Of a stretch of 64,000 nt of DNA, positions 37,347-45,511 are shown in pieces. The notes under the pieces are model-generated. The model worked only from the letters and a program-made list of their open reading frames with translations. It made no database searches and was not told the DNA's origin. The stretch is from contig NZ_JAVJSC010000003.1 of assembly GCF_040219635.1 (NCBI RefSeq), positions 548,120-612,119 of the forward strand, given 5' to 3'. The stretch comes from Pyruvatibacter sp. (GTDB lineage Bacteria; Pseudomonadota; Alphaproteobacteria; CGMCC-115125). How positions within the stretch are numbered: the first letter of the stretch is position 1; the number at the start of each line of letters is the position of its first letter. The position numbers were made by a program, and so were the translations under genes.

Positions 37347-39689
37347 TCAAGCCTTATCACGCGCCATTTGCTTTTGCAGAAGCGGGCGGACGGTTGAGGT
37401 CATTTTCCCCTGCGCCCAGTTTTCAAGACCCGGAACAACAGACCCTTTGAGACTGTTGAGCGCATGATGGACCCTGACGGTCGCCGGCAGGGAGTCAGCC
37501 TCGACCAAGCGCAGGAAGAAGAAATCAAGATCACGCCATTCCTCATGTAAGAGTTTGTGAATGGCGGAAGTCAACGGCTCCGCCAAAGCGTGTTCCGCAC
37601 TCAAGACGCTGCCCGCATTTCCAAGGTTTGCAATACTATGCGCTTTGAGGTTGGCCATGTTTCCACCGCGCACAAGCGGCATCCGGGCGCGGCCGACATG
37701 AAGCATAACCTCTATGTCAAGGCGCTCCTCAATTGTTTCGCCAAAAGCGGTACGGACGGACGCTAGTTGTGAGAGGATCAGCCAGGACATCATGTTGCCG
37801 TATGCAACGCCGAAATCGTCATCATCCGATAGTGGAGTGTAGTCGCCAACGACATTGCCATACACATCGAGAGCGGCTACCTCGCCGTCTTCATTAAAAT
37901 GGAGGTCGCGTACGGTACCGTCTGCCATCTGAATTCCGATGGTCTTGCCAAATAGACTCTCAACGCAGGGCCGATCATTCATCAGCGATCCCATCAAGCC
38001 TAAAGGCAGGCCATTTCGCTTTCGACCGAGATCGCAAAGGGCCTGTGCGCCTACAATATCGCCGAGAAAGAAGCGGCTTGCTTGCTGAATCAGTACTCGC
38101 CAAGCCTCATCAGGCTCAGCGTTGAGGGCAACTTCGATCGTGTCGGCGAGCTCCCGCGCCAATTCGCTCATGAAAAGTTCGGGTACGCGGAAGGCAACGA
38201 GATCCTTACCGGTCGAATGCCGATAGAAGCCCACCCATCCTTCCTCCTGTAGTTTGACCGCAGCGTCCTCACCATCAGAACTGAGCGCGTCCCGCCGGAT
38301 GACGAATGCGTTGGTGCCGGCCAAGGTAACTTCCGGGTTCGGGGCTTCCTCATCACAGAGCGCGTCGCGGACAATAAGGCGGTGACGGCGTGCGACATCA
38401 TGGAGCGGATCGAAGCGCTCTCTCGCACTCTGAACTAGTCTGAGACCCATGGTAGCAGGAATTGCAGCAGCAACGTTTTCCTTCTCAGGTAACGCACCGC
38501 CCGCAAGGACGGAGCGAAGCACCCAGGCAGCGCGATATTCGTCAGACAGCTCCGCGCCTGGATAGAAGAAAATCCGGTTCCTGGAGAGATGTTCTCTGAT
38601 CGCACTGAACTCATCATCGTCGAGGGTGTCGACTTGCACAACCTTAGCAATTGATGAGACCGCTGTTTGGCCGCGGCCCGTGCCATCGAGAAGGATGTCA
38701 TCGGCGCACTCCGTGCAACCTACAAGACGGAGACCTTCGCCAAAGCCCGTCTCGGCGAGCTCCTCGAAATCGTGTGCAACCGGAGATCCGGGCTTCAATC
38801 CGTCGACGGCGAGGACAAGTGCGGGCTTGCGCGTCGACTGGGACATTCGCCTCAGCCAAGTGCGGACATCATCCGCTTCCAGCTTCCATTCCAGCGCCGC
38901 TCCCAGAATATTGGCCAGACGTTGAAAGAGACCAGGACCGGCTGTTGCGCCATTGACCATGAATATGCCCCAATCAGGCGAACAGCGCGTGGCGACCGCC
39001 AATTCGCGCAGGACGTTGCTCTTGCCAGCGAGAGGGGGCCCCTCAACGATCACCGCTTTGGTCGCGCTGTCGAATTGCGCGATGATCTCGTCCGTGGCCC
39101 TCCGGTGAAACAGCAGCTCCTCACAGAATGGCTTAAATGTATCGCCTGGTTCTCCCGTCATGCGATCGATCAATTTATCAGTGCGTTGACGCACTGCTTC
39201 AACCCAAACGCTGGTCTCTGGACCCATTAGGACCTCAATGGCCCAGCTATTGTCAGCTGCAGCCAACTTACCGATGTTGGCGAAGACCTTTTCGATAGTC
39301 GCCGCGCCATCGAGACCAAGAGGTAGTTCCTTGCCGCTATCGACCTGGCGAACCCACGTCTCGTTGCCATTGCTCACAATAACAAGAGGCGGCCTAGGAG
39401 TCAGAACTGCAGCATAGCTCTGGCCTTGCTTAAGATCCTGCGCCATTAGCGCCTTATCCGCGCGCTTAAGCTCGACAACGGCGAGCGGGTCCCCGTCATA
39501 AAGAAGTAGAAGGTCAGCCCGTCCCTCGGCCTCCCAAGCGGCAGTGCCGTCATAGTCATTATCCGTATGTCCGAGTTTGAGCTTGAGGCGCTTCTCGACC
39601 TTAAAACTCTCAGCTTTCACATGCGGAAAAGCTTCGCGGGCTAAGCCCACAACATAGGATTGCAACTGTGCTTCGGGAACGACTGTCAT
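37347..39689 (-). CDS. PD-(D/E)xK (HsdR_N/Mrr-like) nuclease domain fused to a P-loop STAND-like NTPase and a ~450-aa C-terminal region
   Basis: Residues 1-125: ...GRADLLLLYDGDPLAVVELKR...QGQSYAAVL...LVIVSNGNE (D...ExK, HsdR_N-like). Walker A IVEGPPLAGKSNVL; Walker B ALVLAVDGL; then LRLVGCTE and VVQVDTLDDDEFSAIREHL, resembling STAND/NACHT post-Walker-B motifs. Confidence 0.6.
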   Translation of the reverse strand: MTVVPEAQLQSYVVGLAREAFPHVKAESFKVEKRLKLKLGHTDNDYDGTAAWEAEGRADLLLLYDGDPLAVVELKRADKALMAQDLKQGQSYAAVLTPRPPLVIVSNGNETWVRQVDSGKELPLGLDGAATIEKVFANIGKLAAADNSWAIEVLMGPETSVWVEAVRQRTDKLIDRMTGEPGDTFKPFCEELLFHRRATDEIIAQFDSATKAVIVEGPPLAGKSNVLRELAVATRCSPDWGIFMVNGATAGPGLFQRLANILGAALEWKLEADDVRTWLRRMSQSTRKPALVLAVDGLKPGSPVAHDFEELAETGFGEGLRLVGCTECADDILLDGTGRGQTAVSSIAKVVQVDTLDDDEFSAIREHLSRNRIFFYPGAELSDEYRAAWVLRSVLAGGALPEKENVAAAIPATMGLRLVQSARERFDPLHDVARRHRLIVRDALCDEEAPNPEVTLAGTNAFVIRRDALSSDGEDAAVKLQEEGWVGFYRHSTGKDLVAFRVPELFMSELARELADTIEVALNAEPDEAWRVLIQQASRFFLGDIVGAQALCDLGRKRNGLPLGLMGSLMNDRPCVESLFGKTIGIQMADGTVRDLHFNEDGEVAALDVYGNVVGDYTPLSDDDDFGVAYGNMMSWLILSQLASVRTAFGETIEERLDIEVMLHVGRARMPLVRGGNMANLKAHSIANLGNAGSVLSAEHALAEPLTSAIHKLLHEEWRDLDFFFLRLVEADSLPATVRVHHALNSLKGSVVPGLENWAQGKMTSTVRPLLQKQMARDKA

Positions 39690-40087
39690 TCCCCTATTAT
39701 AGGAATTTTAGTGGGGCAACCGCGATAAAGTTTCATCGAACACCCACCAGTGTCTTAGTTGTTTCAAGAGGCTGACAATTTGAAAATCCTTATTTAGCTG
39801 TGTGACGAACGTGTCGGGAGCAGAACCTTAACTAGCTAGAGCGCCCTGCACGCTGCAGGATTTGGCCATTTGACGATTGACCACCGGAAGGTGGACCTAG
39901 CTTGGAAGAAGCCAGGGACCTCGGCAGGGTGATTTTCATTCCGATGGCATTGGCCCAACCGGTTGCGGTACGGAGCGGGTAGCTGAGCGGCGACCCACGT
40001 TGTTCTCGAGGGAATTGAGCCCCTTAATCGAACAGTAGCGACTATCGAGGGTGTCCGTCCTTCCTAATCGAGTGAGATTCTTTGCCG

Positions 40088-40855
40088 ATGAACAGAAAGC
40101 AATTCATCCAGTCCAATGGAGCGGAGTGTGCGAACTGGACATGGAGCTGGTCTTTTGTGAACCACGCCAACAAAATGGTCATATTTGGACTGTGGGAACA
40201 GTATGACCACGGGGGCTTGGGCTTACTGATGGCGAAGGACTGGGCCATCAGCAACCGGGGAAGAAAGCAACCAGGGTATGCGCAAGCCGTGCATCATCTC
40301 AACTTAGTCGCGGACAAAGGCTACATACTGTTTACATTTCCTATCCGGCCCAAGTTTGGTGTGGAAAAGCGTGACACCCTCGAACCAACCAAGATATCCA
40401 GTTTCAAGCCGGAGTTGACGCAGAAAGTTCTTATTGTCCTAGGCGGCGGTTGGTACGCAGCGCCCGCTGGACAATCCAGCATCCCAGACGAGGAAGTCAG
40501 CTCCGGCGAGCTCCTTTTTGAAGGAGCTGTCCAATCGACTACTGTGAACGCTTACGAGCGCAACGCTGGAGCTCGCCAAATGTGTTTGGATCATTTCGGA
40601 CACACCTGCTGCGTATGCGCATTTGACTTCGAGCACGTCTATGGAGAGCTGGGAGCGGACTACATCCATGTTCACCATATCATTCCGCTCAGTGAAATAG
40701 GGGAAGAGTACGCGATTGACCCCACAGCAGATTTGGTGCCGGTATGCCCGAACTGCCACGCGATGATCCATAGGACACGCCCAGCCCTGACCATAGAAGA
40801 ACTAAAATCGCAGATAGAAAAGGCCTCTCCTGCGCATGGTCAGCATCGAGGGTAG
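40088..40855 (+). CDS. HNH endonuclease (McrA-like C-terminal nuclease) with an unassigned ~150-aa N-terminal domain
   Basis: C-terminus CCVCAFDF...YIHVHHIIPLSE...LVPVCPNCHAMIH is a classic HNH/McrA zinc-finger nuclease. The ATG at 40088 is preferred to the TTG at 40082. Confidence 0.8.
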   Translation: MNRKQFIQSNGAECANWTWSWSFVNHANKMVIFGLWEQYDHGGLGLLMAKDWAISNRGRKQPGYAQAVHHLNLVADKGYILFTFPIRPKFGVEKRDTLEPTKISSFKPELTQKVLIVLGGGWYAAPAGQSSIPDEEVSSGELLFEGAVQSTTVNAYERNAGARQMCLDHFGHTCCVCAFDFEHVYGELGADYIHVHHIIPLSEIGEEYAIDPTADLVPVCPNCHAMIHRTRPALTIEELKSQIEKASPAHGQHRG

Positions 40856-41011
40856 AATACCAAATTAGTAGGCTAGGAATCACAACTTCCATACAATTCG
40901 TGTACAGACTGTTTCTAGCTATATGTGGTTTTGTCAGAGCGCGCCTCTACTCTTATTGCCTAGCGTGAAATCTAGAGCACAGCTTCGGCTCCAAAATCGA
41001 AAGTCACTTTG

Positions 41012-41650
41012 ATGTCTATTGAACCATATGAGCCATGGGTGGGTAGCAGCTATGGAAAGGGCATCAATGGGACGCGCGTAATGCTAGTGGCGGACTCCCA
41101 CTACGTTACGGAGGGCGAGAAGCGACATAAGAAGTCCAGCCATACGACGGACATTGTCAAATGGTGGGTCCTAAAACAGAAGAATGGTAAATCGAACAAG
41201 CATCCACCTGAGACGCCGCTGTTTTTTAGGCGGCTAACAGAGGTGGTACAAAGCGGACTTGATTTTCAAGCCACTGAACCTGAGATCTGGGATCGCCTAG
41301 CGTTCTATAATTTCATCCCTGAGCCGATGGGCACGGCTACCAGCATACCTTCCCGCCGCCAGTTTAAGGCAGGAAGAGATGTCTTTCGCAAAGCCCTCGA
41401 CAGCATCACGCCAGAACCAAACGTAATCCTAGTTTGCAGTATGAGGTGTTGGGACTGGATGGAAGCGGAAGAGCTCAAGGTTCTAGAAACTCACCCAAAA
41501 AGGCGTTGGGCTTATCGCATCGGCGAGAGCGTGGCCGGGCCGATGCATCACCCGAGCTACTGGAACAGATCTGGAATGGCAAACCCTGCTAAGAGCTGGA
41601 GCAATGTACTGCAAGAGCTCGCGTCTTTTTCAAAGGCTCCAGCCCCTTAG
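41012..41650 (+). CDS. hypothetical protein, possible uracil-DNA-glycosylase-superfamily fold
   Basis: Motif order VMLVADSHY (position of UDG motif A) ... FYNFIPEP ... ILVCSMRCW ... MHHPSYWNR (HPS at the position of UDG motif B). This is weak, motif-level inference only. Confidence 0.35.
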   Translation: MSIEPYEPWVGSSYGKGINGTRVMLVADSHYVTEGEKRHKKSSHTTDIVKWWVLKQKNGKSNKHPPETPLFFRRLTEVVQSGLDFQATEPEIWDRLAFYNFIPEPMGTATSIPSRRQFKAGRDVFRKALDSITPEPNVILVCSMRCWDWMEAEELKVLETHPKRRWAYRIGESVAGPMHHPSYWNRSGMANPAKSWSNVLQELASFSKAPAP

Positions 41651-41949
41651 GACTCTCGCAGCGGCCTGTAAGGAAGTCCCCTTCCTGGCTTCGCGAGATA
41701 AAAGTATGTCCCGCCGTTGCATTCCATATTCGGACACCTGCCACGTCTGTTGATCAGCGTGGCATGAGGACCATGCAATTTCTCGAGCATCTCGTAGGAA
41801 ACTCGGAGCTTGAGAGCACACCGGCTGCAGCGCGCGTAAACCGGTACACTGGCAGCTTTCATTTCAGCGATGGTTTGGAGGGATCGTGGCCAGATGACCG
41901 TGAGGTTTCGCATGGCTATCATGGTGACTACTGTGCTGTGCAACCTCAA
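41647..41949 (-). CDS. small hypothetical protein with a CxxC...CxxxxC zinc-ribbon-like motif
   Basis: 100-aa ORF with CSRCALKL...RGRCPNMECNG. Its 3' end overlaps the convergent 41012-41650 gene by 4 nt, and it is divergent from 42003. Confidence 0.35.
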   Translation of the reverse strand: MRLHSTVVTMIAMRNLTVIWPRSLQTIAEMKAASVPVYARCSRCALKLRVSYEMLEKLHGPHATLINRRGRCPNMECNGGTYFYLAKPGRGLPYRPLRES

Positions 41950-42002
41950 CCACGCGATAGGTAAAAGCGTACACTCCTAGCCCCTGGAAAGTTGGTGCAG
42001 CG

Positions 42003-42854
42003 ATGGCCAAACCCCCAAAACTTACTCAAGAGCCGCCGAGCTACCTGCCGGAACCTTCGGAAGATGACTATTGGGATTGGGTCAAACGCGAATTCGAGGA
42101 CAACTGCGTGACCATCGAATCGGTGCGGCTGGAAACAAGAAAGGACGCGATCGGAATACGGACGAGCCAGAAGAAATGGCAATCCACATCGGCGTCGGAG
42201 TTTCCATATGTGGAGCTCAATCCTTCAGAGAAGGAGCTCAAGAACAAGCCCAAACTGGGCAAAATCAGCACAAAGCATCACATGTACATTCTCCACAATG
42301 AAGCTCACGACGCAGAGTATCTCGCCGAACACCTGGCATTCGCCCGTTCGCTGATCGATGAAATTTCAGAACAGATTGAGAAACGCGTCGCGACCCCAAA
42401 ACTGCTCAAGCAGTTGAGTGGGTTCAATTACTCAGTCGGCATAATCATACACGCGTGGACGAACGAGCAGTCCGACATGTCAGCAACCAGACGAAGCGAA
42501 CAGGCGAAAGAGGCCGACACAGTTCATCGCAAAAGGTGGTTGGCTCACTACGTCCTGCGAGAATTCAAGCACCGACAACGCAAGGCGGCGGATGATGCGT
42601 TCGAACGGTTGGTGAACCGGCTTGTCTTTACAGCCCCGCGAGACCTCACCAATGCGGAGTTGGAAGCCGTAACCATGAAGGGACGCCCTTGGTTCGCGGC
42701 ATATTTGGGGATCGAAGATATCGGAGCCCACGAATATGGGCTTCTGAGTGACACTTACCGACAAAAGAAAATCAAGAAGGCCATGTTGGAAGACTTCGCG
42801 ACGCAATCGACCAAAGACCTACCGTCCTTCAACTTGGAAATTCCCCGGTCCTAG
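42003..42854 (+). CDS. hypothetical protein (island replication/regulation module)
   Basis: 283-aa ORF with an ATG start, directly upstream of the Xis-like and primase genes on the same strand. No family recognised. Confidence 0.5.
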   Translation: MAKPPKLTQEPPSYLPEPSEDDYWDWVKREFEDNCVTIESVRLETRKDAIGIRTSQKKWQSTSASEFPYVELNPSEKELKNKPKLGKISTKHHMYILHNEAHDAEYLAEHLAFARSLIDEISEQIEKRVATPKLLKQLSGFNYSVGIIIHAWTNEQSDMSATRRSEQAKEADTVHRKRWLAHYVLREFKHRQRKAADDAFERLVNRLVFTAPRDLTNAELEAVTMKGRPWFAAYLGIEDIGAHEYGLLSDTYRQKKIKKAMLEDFATQSTKDLPSFNLEIPRS

Positions 42855-42941
42855 AAGCGGGGAATACCCATCATCCAACTCCTGACAATTTCTCCGTTCG
42901 TGCGGCCGATGGTCGGCTGCCTGAACTTCGGAGAAATGGTC

Positions 42942-43151
42942 ATGAAAACGGCTAAACAAGACCCATCGGTGCTGTATGGCACTATTCCCAACGTAGCAAA
43001 ACTTCTGGGTATCAAGGAGCACGCCCTCCGGCGTGCGGTGAACAAGGGGCTCATCCCCTTCTACACACCGTTCGGGTCTCGCCGCTACGTGCGGCTTGAT
43101 GAGGTGCAAGCCTTCATTCAGGCACACCGCTGCCTGGGAGGTGCGCTATGA
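42942..43151 (+). CDS. excisionase/AlpA-type helix-turn-helix DNA-binding protein
   Basis: ...IPNVAKLLGIKEHALRRAVNKGLIPFYTPFGSRRYVRLDEVQAFI is a MerR/Xis-type HTH. GGAGA lies before the ATG at 42942 (42936 also possible). The stop overlaps the primase ATG (ATGA). Confidence 0.7.
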   Translation: MKTAKQDPSVLYGTIPNVAKLLGIKEHALRRAVNKGLIPFYTPFGSRRYVRLDEVQAFIQAHRCLGGAL

Positions 43152-45202
43152 AGTTGCGTCCACTTGAACAGGGCATAGACGATTGGCGAGAGAGTCGGAT
43201 ACCAATCGTTCCCTTCAAGCCCAGGCTGAAAGAACCTTCAGAAAAAGGCTTTCTTGGATACACCTCCAACCCGGCAAGTCGACAGCGAATTGACGAATGG
43301 AAAGCGAAGTTTCCCGATCACAACATCGCTGCGGTCATGGGAAGCAAGATTGCCGACGGCTGGCTGATCGCAGCAATTGATATTGACGACGAGGTCTGGG
43401 TGAATGTCATAAAGGCCCTATTCCCGAATTTCGTCAGTGCTAAACGCGGAAAGAAAGGACTGACGATCTTTGTAAAGGTCCGCACCGGGCTGAACATCAA
43501 ATCAACGTCGTTCCAAAGTGTAAGCGTTTTTGGCGGTGTGGACTTTCTGTTCAACGGTAAGTGTTGCCTTGTTCCGCTGTCAATTCATCCGGAAACAGGC
43601 AAGCCATATGAGTGGATTGGCAAGCCGCTCTATGAATGCTCACCGGATGAAATTCCCGAGTGTACCAAGCGCCACCTCGACATTATCAAGGCGACAGTTA
43701 CCTCCGCCCAATCGGCCATCGTTATCAGTGGCACAGGCACACATGATGCTGGACTCGCATTGGCGGCCGAACTTGTGAGGGCCGGTGCAACGGATGAGGA
43801 GATCAAAGCGATGTTCGCGGCGCTCCTGCCAACAGACTATTCCGGGAATTCGTTGGACGAGCTCCCGGAATGGATTGAGAGCGCTCGTCGCAAAGGATTT
43901 GATTTACTAGACGACAATACCCCACCGCGCGACGAGCACATCGCGCGTCTGGTCGAAGAAGAGCTTGGCTTGATCGCTTATGTCGAAGGGCACGGCTTTC
44001 TTCAATACGAAGAAGGCCACTGGCAGAGCCTACTCGACAGCCTCATTGATCAGGTGTCGAAGAAGCACATAGTGGCCGGCGGTGGCAGATCGTATGCGAG
44101 TTCCTTGCTGCGACCGGTGCGTACTTGCCTGTCACTAAATGTGCTTCGGCCCAAGTTCGGTGAACACAGCGGGCTTATCTGCTGCAACAACGGTACACTT
44201 GATGTTCGGACTGGCGAGTTGCTCGAGCACTCTCCAGACCATGAACTTCGATATCGTCTAGACATCGACTACGACCCCAAAGCCGAGTGTCCCACCTACG
44301 ACAAGCTCATCAACGATACACTGAAGGGACATGCTGGGTGCATCAGGCTATTCGATGAGTATGCTGCGCTCACGTTGATCCCGAACATGCGTTTCCAGGT
44401 TGCATTATACCTTGTCGGTGAAGGGGGTAGTGGCAAGAGCACCTTGCTGAGAGTTGTGGAGATGGTTCACGATCCCGATGCGGTCAGTACGACCCCGCTT
44501 GATAAGGTCGACGACGAACGGCACCGAACCGACATTGCCAACAAATTGGTTTGCATCAGCTACGATGTGCAAACTCAGTATAAAATCTTTGGTGAGACTT
44601 TCATCCGCATCACCGGCGAGGACTCAATTACGACCCGGCGGCTCTATCAGGAAGTCGATAGCCGGGTTCGGCCTTCAGTCCGTTTCATCGGCTCAATGAA
44701 CCCAGAGATGCCCGGGTTTATTGCAGCACCGGACGCCCTGAAGCGGCGACTGTTGTTAGTGCCCTGCGGTCCTCGTGTCGAAGACCCCGATCCTGACCTC
44801 TTCGACAGACTTAAAGCTGAGAAAGCCGGCATTCTCGCGCGCTATGTCACGGCTCTTAAACGGCTCCTGAAACGAAAACGCTTCGATATCCCTGGCTGCG
44901 TCAGGGACGAAGTACGGGAGTATGTCAGCTACCAAGACGCCTTTGATGCCTATGCGGCAGAACGACTTCGGCGCAGCGAAAGTACAACTCCGGTGGCCGA
45001 AATTGCTCTGGATTTCAACGATTGGGCTGATCGGCATGGCGAGAAGCATCTCAGCACTTTCGTGGTTGGTCGCAAGCTCAAACGGCTGGGGTTCACCGGA
45101 GGCCAAGAGCGGCGCGATAGGGGGCAAGGCAGCACCAATACAAGGGTGGTGAACGCCGAGATTACGGTGCCCCGCCGGAGCCGGACGAGCCCCGAATTCT
45201 AG
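43148..45202 (+). CDS. bifunctional primase-polymerase / D5-P4-type replicative helicase
   Basis: N-terminal prim-pol block ...NIAAVMG...IAAIDIDD...; central D5_N-like region. Walker A GEGGSGKSTLL and Walker B-like KLVCISYD. 684 aa. Confidence 0.8.
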   Translation: MKLRPLEQGIDDWRESRIPIVPFKPRLKEPSEKGFLGYTSNPASRQRIDEWKAKFPDHNIAAVMGSKIADGWLIAAIDIDDEVWVNVIKALFPNFVSAKRGKKGLTIFVKVRTGLNIKSTSFQSVSVFGGVDFLFNGKCCLVPLSIHPETGKPYEWIGKPLYECSPDEIPECTKRHLDIIKATVTSAQSAIVISGTGTHDAGLALAAELVRAGATDEEIKAMFAALLPTDYSGNSLDELPEWIESARRKGFDLLDDNTPPRDEHIARLVEEELGLIAYVEGHGFLQYEEGHWQSLLDSLIDQVSKKHIVAGGGRSYASSLLRPVRTCLSLNVLRPKFGEHSGLICCNNGTLDVRTGELLEHSPDHELRYRLDIDYDPKAECPTYDKLINDTLKGHAGCIRLFDEYAALTLIPNMRFQVALYLVGEGGSGKSTLLRVVEMVHDPDAVSTTPLDKVDDERHRTDIANKLVCISYDVQTQYKIFGETFIRITGEDSITTRRLYQEVDSRVRPSVRFIGSMNPEMPGFIAAPDALKRRLLLVPCGPRVEDPDPDLFDRLKAEKAGILARYVTALKRLLKRKRFDIPGCVRDEVREYVSYQDAFDAYAAERLRRSESTTPVAEIALDFNDWADRHGEKHLSTFVVGRKLKRLGFTGGQERRDRGQGSTNTRVVNAEITVPRRSRTSPEF

Positions 45203-45254
45203 ATGGCCGTAACAGTGTCACAGTCCCAAACCCGCATTGAGCAAGACCCAAGAG

Positions 45255-45285
45255 GGGGAGGGGGGTATCCACCCTCCCCCTCCCC
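45255..45285. repeat. G-run/C-run stem-loop downstream of the primase gene
   Basis: GGGGAGGGGG (45255-45264) pairs with CCCCCTCCCC (45276-45285) across an 11-nt loop. No T-tract follows, so it is not a classic terminator. Confidence 0.6.
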
Positions 45286-45409
45286 TCAGTGGTGCCGTCA
45301 ACCTCAGTTCTGCGTTGTGACACCGTGACAGCGCTCTTTGGTAGACGCCCAATCAATGCGGGTAGTTCGCAGCGGCAGAGTTCCGCCCCAAAAGGGCCAT
45401 TGTGGCAGC

Positions 45410-45430
45410 TCGGTTACATGTTCGGTTACA
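45410..45430. promoter_or_regulatory. 9-bp direct repeat TCGGTTACA x2 (12-bp register) upstream of int
   Basis: tcggttaca at 45410-45418 and 45422-45430, about 80 bp upstream of the integrase ATG. Candidate arm-type or regulator site. Confidence 0.35.
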
Positions 45431-45511
45431 CGAAACACTCCGTACACATACGGAAATTCCTGCGCAGACTACGTCATGATTTTTTCGGTCTTTTGACCAA
45501 CGGATGAAACT

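Noticed and set aside
39690-40087. 398-bp intergenic region between the nuclease-NTPase gene and the HNH gene, inspected for ncRNA, retron-like or CRISPR-like structure.
   Set aside because: I found no repeats, extended hairpins or conserved-looking motifs by eye. It probably holds divergent promoters. An ncRNA cannot be excluded without covariance or expression data.
45289-45507. 72-aa ORF in the primase-integrase spacer, and an ORF at 45504-45722 overlapping the int start.
   Set aside because: No RBS, odd composition, and overlap with the repeat- and hairpin-containing region and with the int N-terminus. Treated as non-coding regulatory spacer.
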